Source: Planctomycetota bacterium (GTDB taxonomy: Bacteria > Planctomycetota > Phycisphaerae > WQYP01). Taken from it: a stretch of 64,000 nt of DNA. The DNA lies in NCBI GenBank assembly GCA_021790385.1, contig JAJYDW010000002.1, positions 7,551 through 71,550 of the forward strand. Reading direction: 5' to 3'. Of the stretch, positions 29,067 to 37,943 are shown piece by piece. A model generated the notes under the pieces. That model was not told where the DNA came from. It saw only the letters and a program-made list of their open reading frames with translations, and searched no databases. Numbering within the stretch: the stretch's first letter is position 1; every line of letters starts with the position of its first letter. The position numbers and the translations under genes are program-made.

Positions 29067-30672
29067 GTATGTTTTCCTTGTTGGATCTGCCCTGTCGGTA
29101 CGCACGCGCCGTAAAAATAGCCTTGCGGGTGTACACCTGCTCAAACATTTCGGCCTTGCGCTGGGCCGCCCATAATTCTAACTCCGGATCATCCGTGTAA
29201 TAAACCATAAAGTTCACCGCATTCCGCCGTATCACGGTTTTGAGGGCCTTGATGTTGCCATAATGACCGCGATCCAGCGCTTCGGCCATACGCAAGATAG
29301 CCGCCAGCCGATTGACAATACTCTGGTCCGATGGATCCAGCTTCATGTAATCTTCGTGGCTCTTTTTGGGTATGGCCCGCCGGTGATAGCGGGCGATGTT
29401 GGCAATGAGGTCCAGTTCCAGCAACGAAAAACCTTCCAGATCGCCGTTCTTGATCAGATAGTAGGAATGTTTGTGGTGGCCGGTGTGGCCGATATGCCAG
29501 CCGATGTCGTGCATCATGGCCGCGTGTTCAAGAATCTCCCGCCACGCCGCCCCCAGGCGATGCAATGGTTTGAGTTGATCAAAAAGTTCCACCGCCAATG
29601 CCGCCACCTGCCGCGCGTGTTTTTCATCGTAGTTACAACGACGACCCAGTTCAATAATGCTGCGCCGCCGCGGATTTCGCACCTCCACCGAAAGCCGCAC
29701 TTTCGGCCAATGCGTCTGCATGTAGTCAATAATCATACCTTCACGCATGGCCCGGTCGGAAACCTCAATAAACGGAACTTGCAGAGATTCAAACAGATAA
29801 TCCACCAGCGCCGCCCCGGCTACAATTTGCCCAGCACGGTTCGGATCCAGGCCCGGCAGGCGAAGGCGGTCTTTGAGTGTGCTGCGCAGCAGCCGCCGAT
29901 ACACGCTGGAAAAATCATCCCGCGTCATGAAGGTCAACACACGCCGACGGCTGATTTCCGTACCGTGCTGGGCGATACACATGGCCGCAAGATTTTCCAT
30001 CGTGCCCGAAGTGCCGATAATGCGCCCGGCTTTGAGCGCCCGCGAGCGGGTGCAAAGGGGCGAAAGTATTTTCTTTAAATGCTTGCGCAAGGCTCGCAAG
30101 TCTGATTTGCTGATGGGATCACTATGCACAAATTCCTGGCTAAGCCGGCTGGCTCCGGTCTTGCGGCTTTCCAGCATCAACGGCCGCTGGGCTGTGGCGA
30201 CGATAAATTCCGCCGAGCCGCCGCCGATATCCACAATCAGTACCGGCTGATCCTCAATAGCCAGCCCCTGGCGTACCGCCAGGTAAATCAGCCTGGCTTC
30301 CTCCTGCGTGCTGATCACATGCACATCCATGCCCAGGCGAGTTTTGGCGGCTTCGACAAAATCTCCACCGTTGATGCTCTCGCGCACTGCGCTGGTAGCG
30401 TAGGCCAAAATACGATCACAGGCCAGGTTGCGGGCTATGTGCGCATATCTTCCCAGCACATTAAGGGTATGATTCATAGCCGACCGTGGCAATACATGGC
30501 GTACCAGCGCAGAAGCCCCCAGTTGGGTCATTTCCTTTTCCGAACTTAACACCCGAAAGCCCAATTGCTCGGTTACCTCTACGGCCACCATGTGCAAACT
30601 ATTGGTACCGATATCTATCGCCGCAATACGCAGTCCATGCGGGCTGCCGATGTGCCTACGGTCGCGGGCCAT
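29035..30672 (-). CDS. Ppx/GppA family exopolyphosphatase / guanosine pentaphosphate phosphohydrolase with C-terminal HD domain
   Basis: It has an actin-like ASKHA N-terminus (IAAIDIGTNSLHMVAVEV, DIGGGSAEF) and a C-terminal HD motif (HAAMMHDIGWHIGHTGHHKHSYYLI). The start is chosen at the Met just before the conserved N-terminus; in-frame alternatives lie at 30702 and 30753. Confidence 0.8.
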   Translation of the reverse strand: MARDRRHIGSPHGLRIAAIDIGTNSLHMVAVEVTEQLGFRVLSSEKEMTQLGASALVRHVLPRSAMNHTLNVLGRYAHIARNLACDRILAYATSAVRESINGGDFVEAAKTRLGMDVHVISTQEEARLIYLAVRQGLAIEDQPVLIVDIGGGSAEFIVATAQRPLMLESRKTGASRLSQEFVHSDPISKSDLRALRKHLKKILSPLCTRSRALKAGRIIGTSGTMENLAAMCIAQHGTEISRRRVLTFMTRDDFSSVYRRLLRSTLKDRLRLPGLDPNRAGQIVAGAALVDYLFESLQVPFIEVSDRAMREGMIIDYMQTHWPKVRLSVEVRNPRRRSIIELGRRCNYDEKHARQVAALAVELFDQLKPLHRLGAAWREILEHAAMMHDIGWHIGHTGHHKHSYYLIKNGDLEGFSLLELDLIANIARYHRRAIPKKSHEDYMKLDPSDQSIVNRLAAILRMAEALDRGHYGNIKALKTVIRRNAVNFMVYYTDDPELELWAAQRKAEMFEQVYTRKAIFTARAYRQGRSNKENIHDQADLNRAP

Positions 30673-30880
30673 TACTTTGTGGGCGACGCGGCCCCCCGCC
30701 ATTCCGGTAATGCGTGATGGAGTGTTACCTTTAATCTTACCGCCAATCGCCATGTTCAGCCTTTTCAATTCCCCGACGCCATCAGGCCACCATCTTAACA
30801 ATTGCGCGTGATTATGCTCGCCAATTCGGGTAAAGTCCAAGTACTGATTAGGTGTACCATTGATAAAATTGAGATCGTCC

Positions 30881-31801
30881 ATGGCCCAACGCTGTATTGA
30901 GCCCCTGAACACCAGATTCGGCACCTCGTCCGCTTCTATCCACCGCCAACTGCAAAACATCTGCCAGGTCCGCCTCGAATCGCTGCTGATCGAAATTCGC
31001 CGCACCGCCGCCCATTCCAACGCGGATGCCATTCACGATTTACGCGTAGCCATCCGCCGCGCCACAGAGGTTCTGCACGTTATGAAAATCGCGGCCGGCC
31101 CCCAGCGCCGCGAGATCACACGATTGATCAAACGTTTGCGACTCCTCCGGCGTACCGGAGGTGCCGTACGCGACTGCGATGTGCTGCTGCAAATGATGGC
31201 CCGCCGGCCAACACCTGGTGCACGAAACGCCATTCTTGAAAGACACATTCACAACCTGACTCTTAAGCGGATTGCCACTCTCAATATCCTGACCCACAAA
31301 CTCCAGGCCGGATCTCTTGCACCGGCCGTCCACGAGGCTATTGCGGTCCTGGCCATTCGGCCCAACGGCCGGCCATGCTTGCCGCTGCCAGAAGCACTCG
31401 AGCTGCGCCTGAAGAAAAATCAGCGTCGTTTCGCCACCACGATTCGCAAAGCCATGCAGAATCCCATCGACCGGCGACTGCACCGCGCGAGAATTGCCGC
31501 CAAGCACTGGCGTTATGCCCTGGAGATGTGCCCAACAGGAATGATACACCATGCACGCGATTATTCGCGGCAACTGCCCCAACTTAAAGCTCTGCAAGAA
31601 TTACTGGGCCATGTGCATGATCTGGAAATGCTCCGTTCCCGGTTTGCAGTTTTACCCGCCGACCTCACCCCAGGTCGATCCCCGACCCCTCGCTCGGCGT
31701 GGCTTCGGCAAGCACGGCACCAACAGAATGACCTGATACACAAGTTTTTGCAGATGCCGCTGGTGCAGACGATGTTGACTTTACAAAATGTTAAAATCTA
31801 A
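30881..31801 (+). CDS. CHAD domain-containing protein (polyphosphate-associated)
   Basis: It contains the CHAD signature (IHDLRVAIRRATEV..., LLGHVHDLEM) and the fold is predicted all-alpha. It is divergent from ppx/gppA. An alternative start lies at 30860. Confidence 0.7.
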   Translation: MAQRCIEPLNTRFGTSSASIHRQLQNICQVRLESLLIEIRRTAAHSNADAIHDLRVAIRRATEVLHVMKIAAGPQRREITRLIKRLRLLRRTGGAVRDCDVLLQMMARRPTPGARNAILERHIHNLTLKRIATLNILTHKLQAGSLAPAVHEAIAVLAIRPNGRPCLPLPEALELRLKKNQRRFATTIRKAMQNPIDRRLHRARIAAKHWRYALEMCPTGMIHHARDYSRQLPQLKALQELLGHVHDLEMLRSRFAVLPADLTPGRSPTPRSAWLRQARHQQNDLIHKFLQMPLVQTMLTLQNVKI

Positions 31802-32036
31802 GCCCGGCATGGCCGCGTTCTCAATGACCTCCAACGACCTGATACAAGTCTCGCCATTTTTCACAAAAGCGGCCGGAAACAGAACGTCCCGATGGCCTGC
31901 TTTATGCCGCGGAGTCCTGCCTCGGCCGCGCCGGAAGATTTTGCCATACTTGGCTCGATGGGGCGCGGGCGGCAACGCATGAGACAAAACATACGTATCC
32001 ACTGCGTAGGCGCTAAGGTATGCCGAAAGCGGAGTT

Positions 32037-33509
32037 TCATATTTGGCTCATAAGGGACTCGATGTACGTGGCGGGATCATCGGCCTGGAAGAGGATGCCC
32101 AAATCCGCAATCTCTGATTTCGACATGAGATTCCCTTCGCCTTTGGACCACCCAAGACTCGCAAAAGGCGTATTCGACAGAATAAACGCGTGCAGAATCA
32201 GCCCGGTGTTCTGGGCGTCGATAATCCGTTGAATGCGGGGTATTTCGCGCGTGGCGAACTGAATTTTCGGGTCGGCTGGATCAAAATGCAGCAGGCCCTT
32301 GGGGTCCACAAAGGCCAGATGCTGGCGGTCGCCATCCTGCACCCACAGCAGAAAATCGGGGAAAAAGTTGGCCGCCTGGAAGAACCCCAGTCCGGTTACG
32401 GCCTGGTTGCGCAACAGGTAAATCTCCCGCCTGGCGTGTTGCGTACACCACTTCGCCAGGTCTTCCACAAACTGCGCCTCGTATTGATTAAGCGGGACCG
32501 GGCTGATTTTGATCTGGGCGTTTTTGCCGATGTACAGCAGCGGCTGGTATAAATGCCCGGCAAACGGCACCGTGCGCCACCGGCCTCCCCATTGGCTCCA
32601 TGCGGCCAGGGAGTTGGTGTCCAAGGCTGATTTCAGGTCCGCCACGAACTGGCTAATCTGCTGAATCTCCGCTACAGACTCGGCCATATCCGTTGTTTCA
32701 ATGGTATAGTCCTGTTTTTCCAGATCGTCGGCGACGACATCGGCAACCTCGATATAGGGCGCTTCCCACCGGCCACGCACATACCGGTAGAATCGCTCGG
32801 CATAGGCATTTATCAGTTGCTGTGCCATGCGCTGCCACTGCGGCCGGTTTTCATACCGATGCGTTTGCATGTCATCCGCGGTAGCCAGCAATTCATACCA
32901 ATTAACGTCCTGCAATAATTTGAGAATTGCGGTCTTATCGGCGTGCAGCCGATCCAGCCCGCGTACCGCTTTGAATGCTTCCAGACCAAAGAGCAAATCA
33001 TCCATGTCCAGCAATGCGACGTGGAACGCCGTAAGCTGCTGTTGCGGAGATTCTCCGGCCTCGCCGACGGCGGAAGTGATCTGCCTATCTGCGCCGGCGA
33101 TGCCACGAATTCTCGGCAGCCAGTTCAAGCGCGTGCGGTGGCTGCGCAGCCACGCATCTTCCGGGGCGGTGTCATGCGGCGGACGCAGTCGCACCAAGGG
33201 TCCAAGCTTACGGAAAGCATTGCCGCGCTCGATCTGCACGCCGTCAATAACCTCCTTGAGCCGCAGTGTTTTAAGCGTTCTTGTCGGCAAGGTCTTTACG
33301 ACCGGCAAATCCCAGACCTGCTTTTCCATGGCCTCCGGCACTTCGCTGAAAATCCAGTCGCGGAAGGTGTTCATGTAATTGGCTTTAATACCGAACACCT
33401 GCAGTGTTTCCACCTGCCGGAGGTTCTTGGGCGGCCTGGGCTTTTGCGTCAGCACCGACGACCGGCGCAGGCTCACCTGCCTTATCCCCTTTGGTAAAAT
33501 CCCTCTCAA
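32037..33509 (-). CDS. Hypothetical protein with C-terminal PD-(D/E)xK nuclease-like motif
   Basis: 490-aa ORF. The C-terminus reads EIYLL...FFPDFLLWVQDGDRQHLAFVDPKG, i.e. E ... PD-x16-DxK on alternating hydrophobic strands. There are no ATPase or helicase motifs and no adjacent methyltransferase. The start is ambiguous (33509 or 33374). Confidence 0.4.
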   Translation of the reverse strand: MRGILPKGIRQVSLRRSSVLTQKPRPPKNLRQVETLQVFGIKANYMNTFRDWIFSEVPEAMEKQVWDLPVVKTLPTRTLKTLRLKEVIDGVQIERGNAFRKLGPLVRLRPPHDTAPEDAWLRSHRTRLNWLPRIRGIAGADRQITSAVGEAGESPQQQLTAFHVALLDMDDLLFGLEAFKAVRGLDRLHADKTAILKLLQDVNWYELLATADDMQTHRYENRPQWQRMAQQLINAYAERFYRYVRGRWEAPYIEVADVVADDLEKQDYTIETTDMAESVAEIQQISQFVADLKSALDTNSLAAWSQWGGRWRTVPFAGHLYQPLLYIGKNAQIKISPVPLNQYEAQFVEDLAKWCTQHARREIYLLRNQAVTGLGFFQAANFFPDFLLWVQDGDRQHLAFVDPKGLLHFDPADPKIQFATREIPRIQRIIDAQNTGLILHAFILSNTPFASLGWSKGEGNLMSKSEIADLGILFQADDPATYIESLMSQI

Positions 33510-33586
33510 TCGCTAAAAGCCGATAGCTCCGTGGATGCTTGTGAGGAACGGTTGCGATTTTCACCAGTGGCAGCGAGAATGCTGCA

Positions 33587-34828
33587 ATGATACCCAGGCA
33601 CACGCATTATGATGTTATTGTCATCGGGGGCGGTCCGGCCGGCAGTACTGCCGGTACTCTTCTGGCCCGACGCGGATATCGCGTGCTTATTCTAGAAGCG
33701 CAGCGCCATCCCCGCCATCATATTGGCGAGTCTCTGCTGCCGGCCGGAATGCCTGTGCTGGCAGAATTAGGCCTGGACTTAACATTTATGCTCCAACGCC
33801 ATCAGCCAAAATATGGGGCACGGTTTTTTGATCCAAGGGATCAGCGGCTGGAGACGTTTGCGTTTGGGGTGCCAAGCGATCCCGTTCCTCCCGCTTTTAA
33901 CGTCAGCCGCGAGGAATTTGATACCCAGCTTAAGGATGCGGCCGTGGCCGCGGGCTGCGAATTTCTGGAGGATACTCCGGTGGTCCAGGCCGAGGCAGAC
34001 CATCAGCCGATTCGCGTTACGCTTACGGATGGATTGCCGGTTACTGCGGATTTTCTGGTGGACGCTTCCGGCGCGGCGGCCAAACTGACGCGGCAACAGA
34101 GTGGCGTGGAAATGTTGCTGGATTTTGGCAGGTTGGCCATTTATAATTATTTTTCCCATCTGCCGACTGCCCATACCGATGAGCGTGCATATCTGACCAT
34201 GCACCTGATAGAACATGGATGGATATGGTTTATTCCTTTGACCGGTGATCGAACCAGTGTGGGAGTGGTGCTGAAAAAAACAGGCTTGCGGCCGAAGTGC
34301 AGCCCGCAGGAGCAATTTGCCGCGGCGGTTGCGGAAAGTCCCACGCTGGCCGGGCGGCTTAAGCCATTGACAGCACTGGAGCCGTACCGGGTTTGTGCGG
34401 GTTACAGTTATCGTTGTCGGCCTTTGACCTGCCGCTATGGCCTGACGGTTGGTGATGCGGGTGGATTTTTAGATCCAATTTTTTCTAGCGGGGTGTATCT
34501 GGCGCTCATGAGTGCCCAGCGCGGTGCCCAGGCAGTAGCGGAATGTTTAAGCGGCAACACGGCAGAACCGCTGCAGCAATATCGTCAATATATGGCCGAT
34601 GGACTGCACGTGTTTGAGTCATTTGTGCGGCGATTTTATCAGCGTGATTTGGTACGAAATTTATTTTTTGCCCGCCATCAGCCACCGGCCGTACGCGCGG
34701 CCGTGATCTCTATCCTGGCCGGGCATGTGTGGGATCAAACCAATCCGCTGGTTGCGGCTGTGGGGCGAAGCGACGGAAATTCAACCGCCAGCGCCCCGGC
34801 GGCAACGCCGGCAGAGGTTGCAAATTAA
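33587..34828 (+). CDS. FAD-dependent oxidoreductase of the flavin-dependent halogenase family (WxWxIP motif present)
   Basis: 413 aa. Rossmann dinucleotide motif DVIVIGGGPAGS; the motif HGWIWFIPL (WxWxIP); GDAGGFLDPIFSSGV (GD-motif); and a candidate Lys in KYGARF. Confidence 0.65.
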   Translation: MIPRHTHYDVIVIGGGPAGSTAGTLLARRGYRVLILEAQRHPRHHIGESLLPAGMPVLAELGLDLTFMLQRHQPKYGARFFDPRDQRLETFAFGVPSDPVPPAFNVSREEFDTQLKDAAVAAGCEFLEDTPVVQAEADHQPIRVTLTDGLPVTADFLVDASGAAAKLTRQQSGVEMLLDFGRLAIYNYFSHLPTAHTDERAYLTMHLIEHGWIWFIPLTGDRTSVGVVLKKTGLRPKCSPQEQFAAAVAESPTLAGRLKPLTALEPYRVCAGYSYRCRPLTCRYGLTVGDAGGFLDPIFSSGVYLALMSAQRGAQAVAECLSGNTAEPLQQYRQYMADGLHVFESFVRRFYQRDLVRNLFFARHQPPAVRAAVISILAGHVWDQTNPLVAAVGRSDGNSTASAPAATPAEVAN

Positions 34829-34874
34829 ATGGCCGGATGCGGGCCGAGGGCAGTTGGCCGCAGCGGATTGATGT

Positions 34875-36149
34875 ATGGATGAAAAGACCTTGCTTACTCC
34901 GGTGGCCGTTACAGGCATGTCCATGATTACGGCGCAGGGAGCGTGTTTGGCGGATTCCTGGGCGGGTATTAGTACTGCGGCAAACGCATTACGGCCGTGG
35001 AATGACGATTCTGATGACAAACTGGGGCGATTGCAGGTGGCCTCGTGCGGAGAGTTGCGGTGTCCGGCGGATATGCCAGCTAAGCTCTGGGCCGGGCTGG
35101 CGCGAACGCAACAGTTGGCGGCTCTGGCGGCCGACGAGGCCCTGACCAGCGCGGGGTTGCCGCGGCGATTGGCCCCGTCGTCCAGACCGATGGGGCTGTT
35201 TCTGGCCACCACTGTATGCGGCATGGATAAAAATGAGCAATTTTACCGGCAATATCGGCAGAATCCGCAGATGGCGAATTCCCGGCTGATGCGGCGCATT
35301 CAATCTTATGAAGTTCTGACTTTTATTGCCCGCCGGCATCGCCTGAACGGCCCGCGAATATTGTTTTTGAGTACGTGCGTAGGATCGTCTATGGCGATTG
35401 GTGCAGCGTGCGATGCCATTCGTCTGGGGCGTGTGGATATTGCACTGGCGGGCGGTGCGGAAGCACTGTGTCGGTTGCTGTTGTCAGGCTTCAACAGCCT
35501 GCGGCTGGTGGCACCCAATGGATGCCAACCCTTTGATGCACATCGCCCGGGCATTACCGTGGGTGAGGGGGCGGCACTGCTGGTTTTGGAATCTGCCGCC
35601 CACGCCAAGGCTCGCGGGGCCAAACCGATAGGATATGTGCGCGGCTTTGCGGCCACATGCGATGCCCACCATATTACCGCTCCGGAACCCGGCGGGCACT
35701 GGGCTGCATCAGCTATTCAGGCCGCGGTTGAAAAGTCAGGTTTAATGCCCGGCGACATCGGATATGTCAATGCGCACGGTACCGGTACGCGCGATAACGA
35801 TGCCATGGAGGCCAAAGCCATTCCCACGGCATTTGAAGCACTTGACGCGGCAGTTCCACCGGTCAGTTCCACCAAGCGGCTGACCGGGCACACCTTTGCC
35901 GCAGCCGGTGCGATTGAAGCGGCGATCTGCCTGCAGGCTATGGCCACGGGCATATTGCCGCCCAACGCGGGACTTGCAGAGCCGGACTCTGCCTGCCAAC
36001 TACCGCTGGTTTTGCAGTCACGGCCGGCGCGGACGAATGCGGCGATTTCGTGTAATTTTGCCTTCGGTGGCAACAACACGGCGCTGGTCTTTTCCCGGCA
36101 TATCGAAACGGGACGTGGCGGCATGGTGGGGAAAGGAGCGATGGAATGA
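34875..36149 (+). CDS. Beta-ketoacyl-ACP synthase (FabF/KAS-II-like, Cys-His-His triad)
   Basis: 424 aa. Active-site Cys in LSTCVGSS, and two catalytic His in ATCDAHHITAP and YVNAHGTGT. A thiolase fold is predicted. Confidence 0.8.
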   Translation: MDEKTLLTPVAVTGMSMITAQGACLADSWAGISTAANALRPWNDDSDDKLGRLQVASCGELRCPADMPAKLWAGLARTQQLAALAADEALTSAGLPRRLAPSSRPMGLFLATTVCGMDKNEQFYRQYRQNPQMANSRLMRRIQSYEVLTFIARRHRLNGPRILFLSTCVGSSMAIGAACDAIRLGRVDIALAGGAEALCRLLLSGFNSLRLVAPNGCQPFDAHRPGITVGEGAALLVLESAAHAKARGAKPIGYVRGFAATCDAHHITAPEPGGHWAASAIQAAVEKSGLMPGDIGYVNAHGTGTRDNDAMEAKAIPTAFEALDAAVPPVSSTKRLTGHTFAAAGAIEAAICLQAMATGILPPNAGLAEPDSACQLPLVLQSRPARTNAAISCNFAFGGNNTALVFSRHIETGRGGMVGKGAME

Positions 36150-37069
36150 GTTTGCTGCATATCCACTCGCTGGGTATTTGCACCAGTACATGGCCGTCGA
36201 TAGGCCAGCTTCGAAAAGCCATTGCCTTAGGCCAAGGGCATGGCGAAACCGGCTCCGGCGATGAGGTTGCCAGGCAGAAAAAGCCAGGTGATGCGGCGAT
36301 GGTTGAAAGTATGGATGCGGTGAGTCGATGGGCGATTGGGGCAATAACCGAGGCCTGGCAGGGAGCGTCTCTGGATCAAGGCATTGTGCCGACCGACCGC
36401 ATTGCCCTGCTTTTGTACAGCGCGTGGGGACAGGTGGATTCCACAGTTACGTATCTGGAAAGCATGTGGGGTGATGGCGGACGATTTGCTTCGCCGCGGC
36501 ACTTTACGCGTTCGGTACATTCGAGTCCGACATCTTTGGCCGCAATTCATTTTGGCATCCACGGTCCGTGCCAGACGCTGGTGCATGATGCGTGGCCGGT
36601 GTGTTCGGTGCTGGAGCAGGCCGATGATTTATTGAATGCCGACCGGGCAGATACGGTAATTGTATGCTGGGCAGATCAGCCATCGGCGGTAGCGACGGAA
36701 TTGTGCCGGCGTGCCGCAGAGGATCTGCATCGAGCCCAATTTGCCCGTTTTGCCGGCGGAGATTCTCACGGCGGAGCTGTTGCGGCGGTGGTCAGCATCA
36801 ACGCGATATTACCGGGTGCAGAGTTTGGGGTGGAGGTTGGTCCGGTGGCAGCTAACAAGAAGTCAGTGGGGGCCGGTGCGGTGGTAGAACAGGGTGCGTA
36901 TCCTACAGATGGAGCGCTGCATTGGGCGGCGGCAGGTGTGGCATGGTCGCTGGCGGCGGCAAAGGCGGAGGGCAAAGCGCTGCCGGCGGCAGCAGATTAT
37001 TGGCGGGAAAGCGGACACCATGGACAAATGCGGGAGGTGAGATTTTGCCGGGTGGCGGCCCGCGAGTGA
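36146..37069 (+). CDS. Ketosynthase-like protein lacking the active-site Cys (chain-length-factor-like partner)
   Basis: 307 aa. It overlaps the upstream KS gene by 4 nt (ATGA). The position of the KS active-site Cys reads LYSAWGQV instead, with no Cys-His-His triad, but KS-like N-terminal fold motifs remain. Confidence 0.55.
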   Translation: MSLLHIHSLGICTSTWPSIGQLRKAIALGQGHGETGSGDEVARQKKPGDAAMVESMDAVSRWAIGAITEAWQGASLDQGIVPTDRIALLLYSAWGQVDSTVTYLESMWGDGGRFASPRHFTRSVHSSPTSLAAIHFGIHGPCQTLVHDAWPVCSVLEQADDLLNADRADTVIVCWADQPSAVATELCRRAAEDLHRAQFARFAGGDSHGGAVAAVVSINAILPGAEFGVEVGPVAANKKSVGAGAVVEQGAYPTDGALHWAAAGVAWSLAAAKAEGKALPAAADYWRESGHHGQMREVRFCRVAARE

Positions 37070-37202
37070 GGTGAACAGTAGCGCAGGGAACGCGGAGAAC
37101 GGGAGATTGAATAACGGATTGGAGATTTAAGCTTGGTATGGGGGTGGCGGGAATTTAGTCAGGCTTTACAATGACCGGTGTTGAACCCGGTGGGGATTTT
37201 TC

Positions 37203-37877
37203 ATGGAAATGATTGTAGTAAGTATCGGGACTCTTTCGCAAAATCCGTTCTGGCAGGAAAATAGTCCTGTACGCACGCCGCACGCCACCACCAGCCTGGT
37301 ACGGCAAAATGATCGGGTGATACTGGTGGATCCATCGCTGCCAGCACAGGCCCTGGAAGCCCGCATTGCGGAACGAGCCGGCATTAAGGCGGCAGCAGTT
37401 ACGGATGTATTTTTGACCAACTGGCGGCCGGCGCATCGTCGGGCGCTAAAGGCATTTTCCCATGCATCCTGGTGGATGCTGGAGCGTGAAATTCAGGCGG
37501 CCGGGGAAGTTTTGGAACAGGCAGCCACACATGCGCCGGCGAAATCCGAAGAGCGTGCAGTGATTCAAGATGAACAGTCGCTGTTATCGCGCGTGCAGGC
37601 CGCACCGGATAAATTTACGCAGGGCGTGGGCATTTTTCCCCTGCCGGGATACACGCCGGGCCAGTGCGGTCTGCTTTTGGAACTGCCTGCCAGCACCGTG
37701 GTGATAGCCGGCGATGCGGTAGCCACGGCGTCGCATTTTGCTTCCGGTCGCGTACTTTCCGGGTGCTTTGACCTGAATCAGGCACAGGAATCTTTGATGG
37801 AATTGTACAATCTCGCTGATTTAATTGTGCCGGGTCACGACAATATATTTGTCAACCCGCGCACTGCGGGTTTTTAA
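37203..37877 (+). CDS. Metallo-beta-lactamase-fold protein with degenerate metal-binding motif
   Basis: 224 aa. The secondary pattern fits the MBL fold (ILVDPS ... GYTPGQCGLL ... VIAGDAV ... PGHD). The canonical HxHxDH is replaced by TNWRPAH. Confidence 0.5.
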   Translation: MEMIVVSIGTLSQNPFWQENSPVRTPHATTSLVRQNDRVILVDPSLPAQALEARIAERAGIKAAAVTDVFLTNWRPAHRRALKAFSHASWWMLEREIQAAGEVLEQAATHAPAKSEERAVIQDEQSLLSRVQAAPDKFTQGVGIFPLPGYTPGQCGLLLELPASTVVIAGDAVATASHFASGRVLSGCFDLNQAQESLMELYNLADLIVPGHDNIFVNPRTAGF

Positions 37878-37943
37878 CCACATTGTCGTGTGCCAATATC
37901 GTCCAGAGTGCCCGTGGTATGACCATTGAGCCGCATTTTCTGG

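Noticed and set aside
31781-32002. 73-aa ORF between the CHAD gene and the nuclease-like gene (possible small partner protein)
   Set aside because: It overlaps the CHAD gene's 3' end in antisense. It is Arg/Gly/Pro-rich with no hydrophobic core and has no ribosome-binding site.
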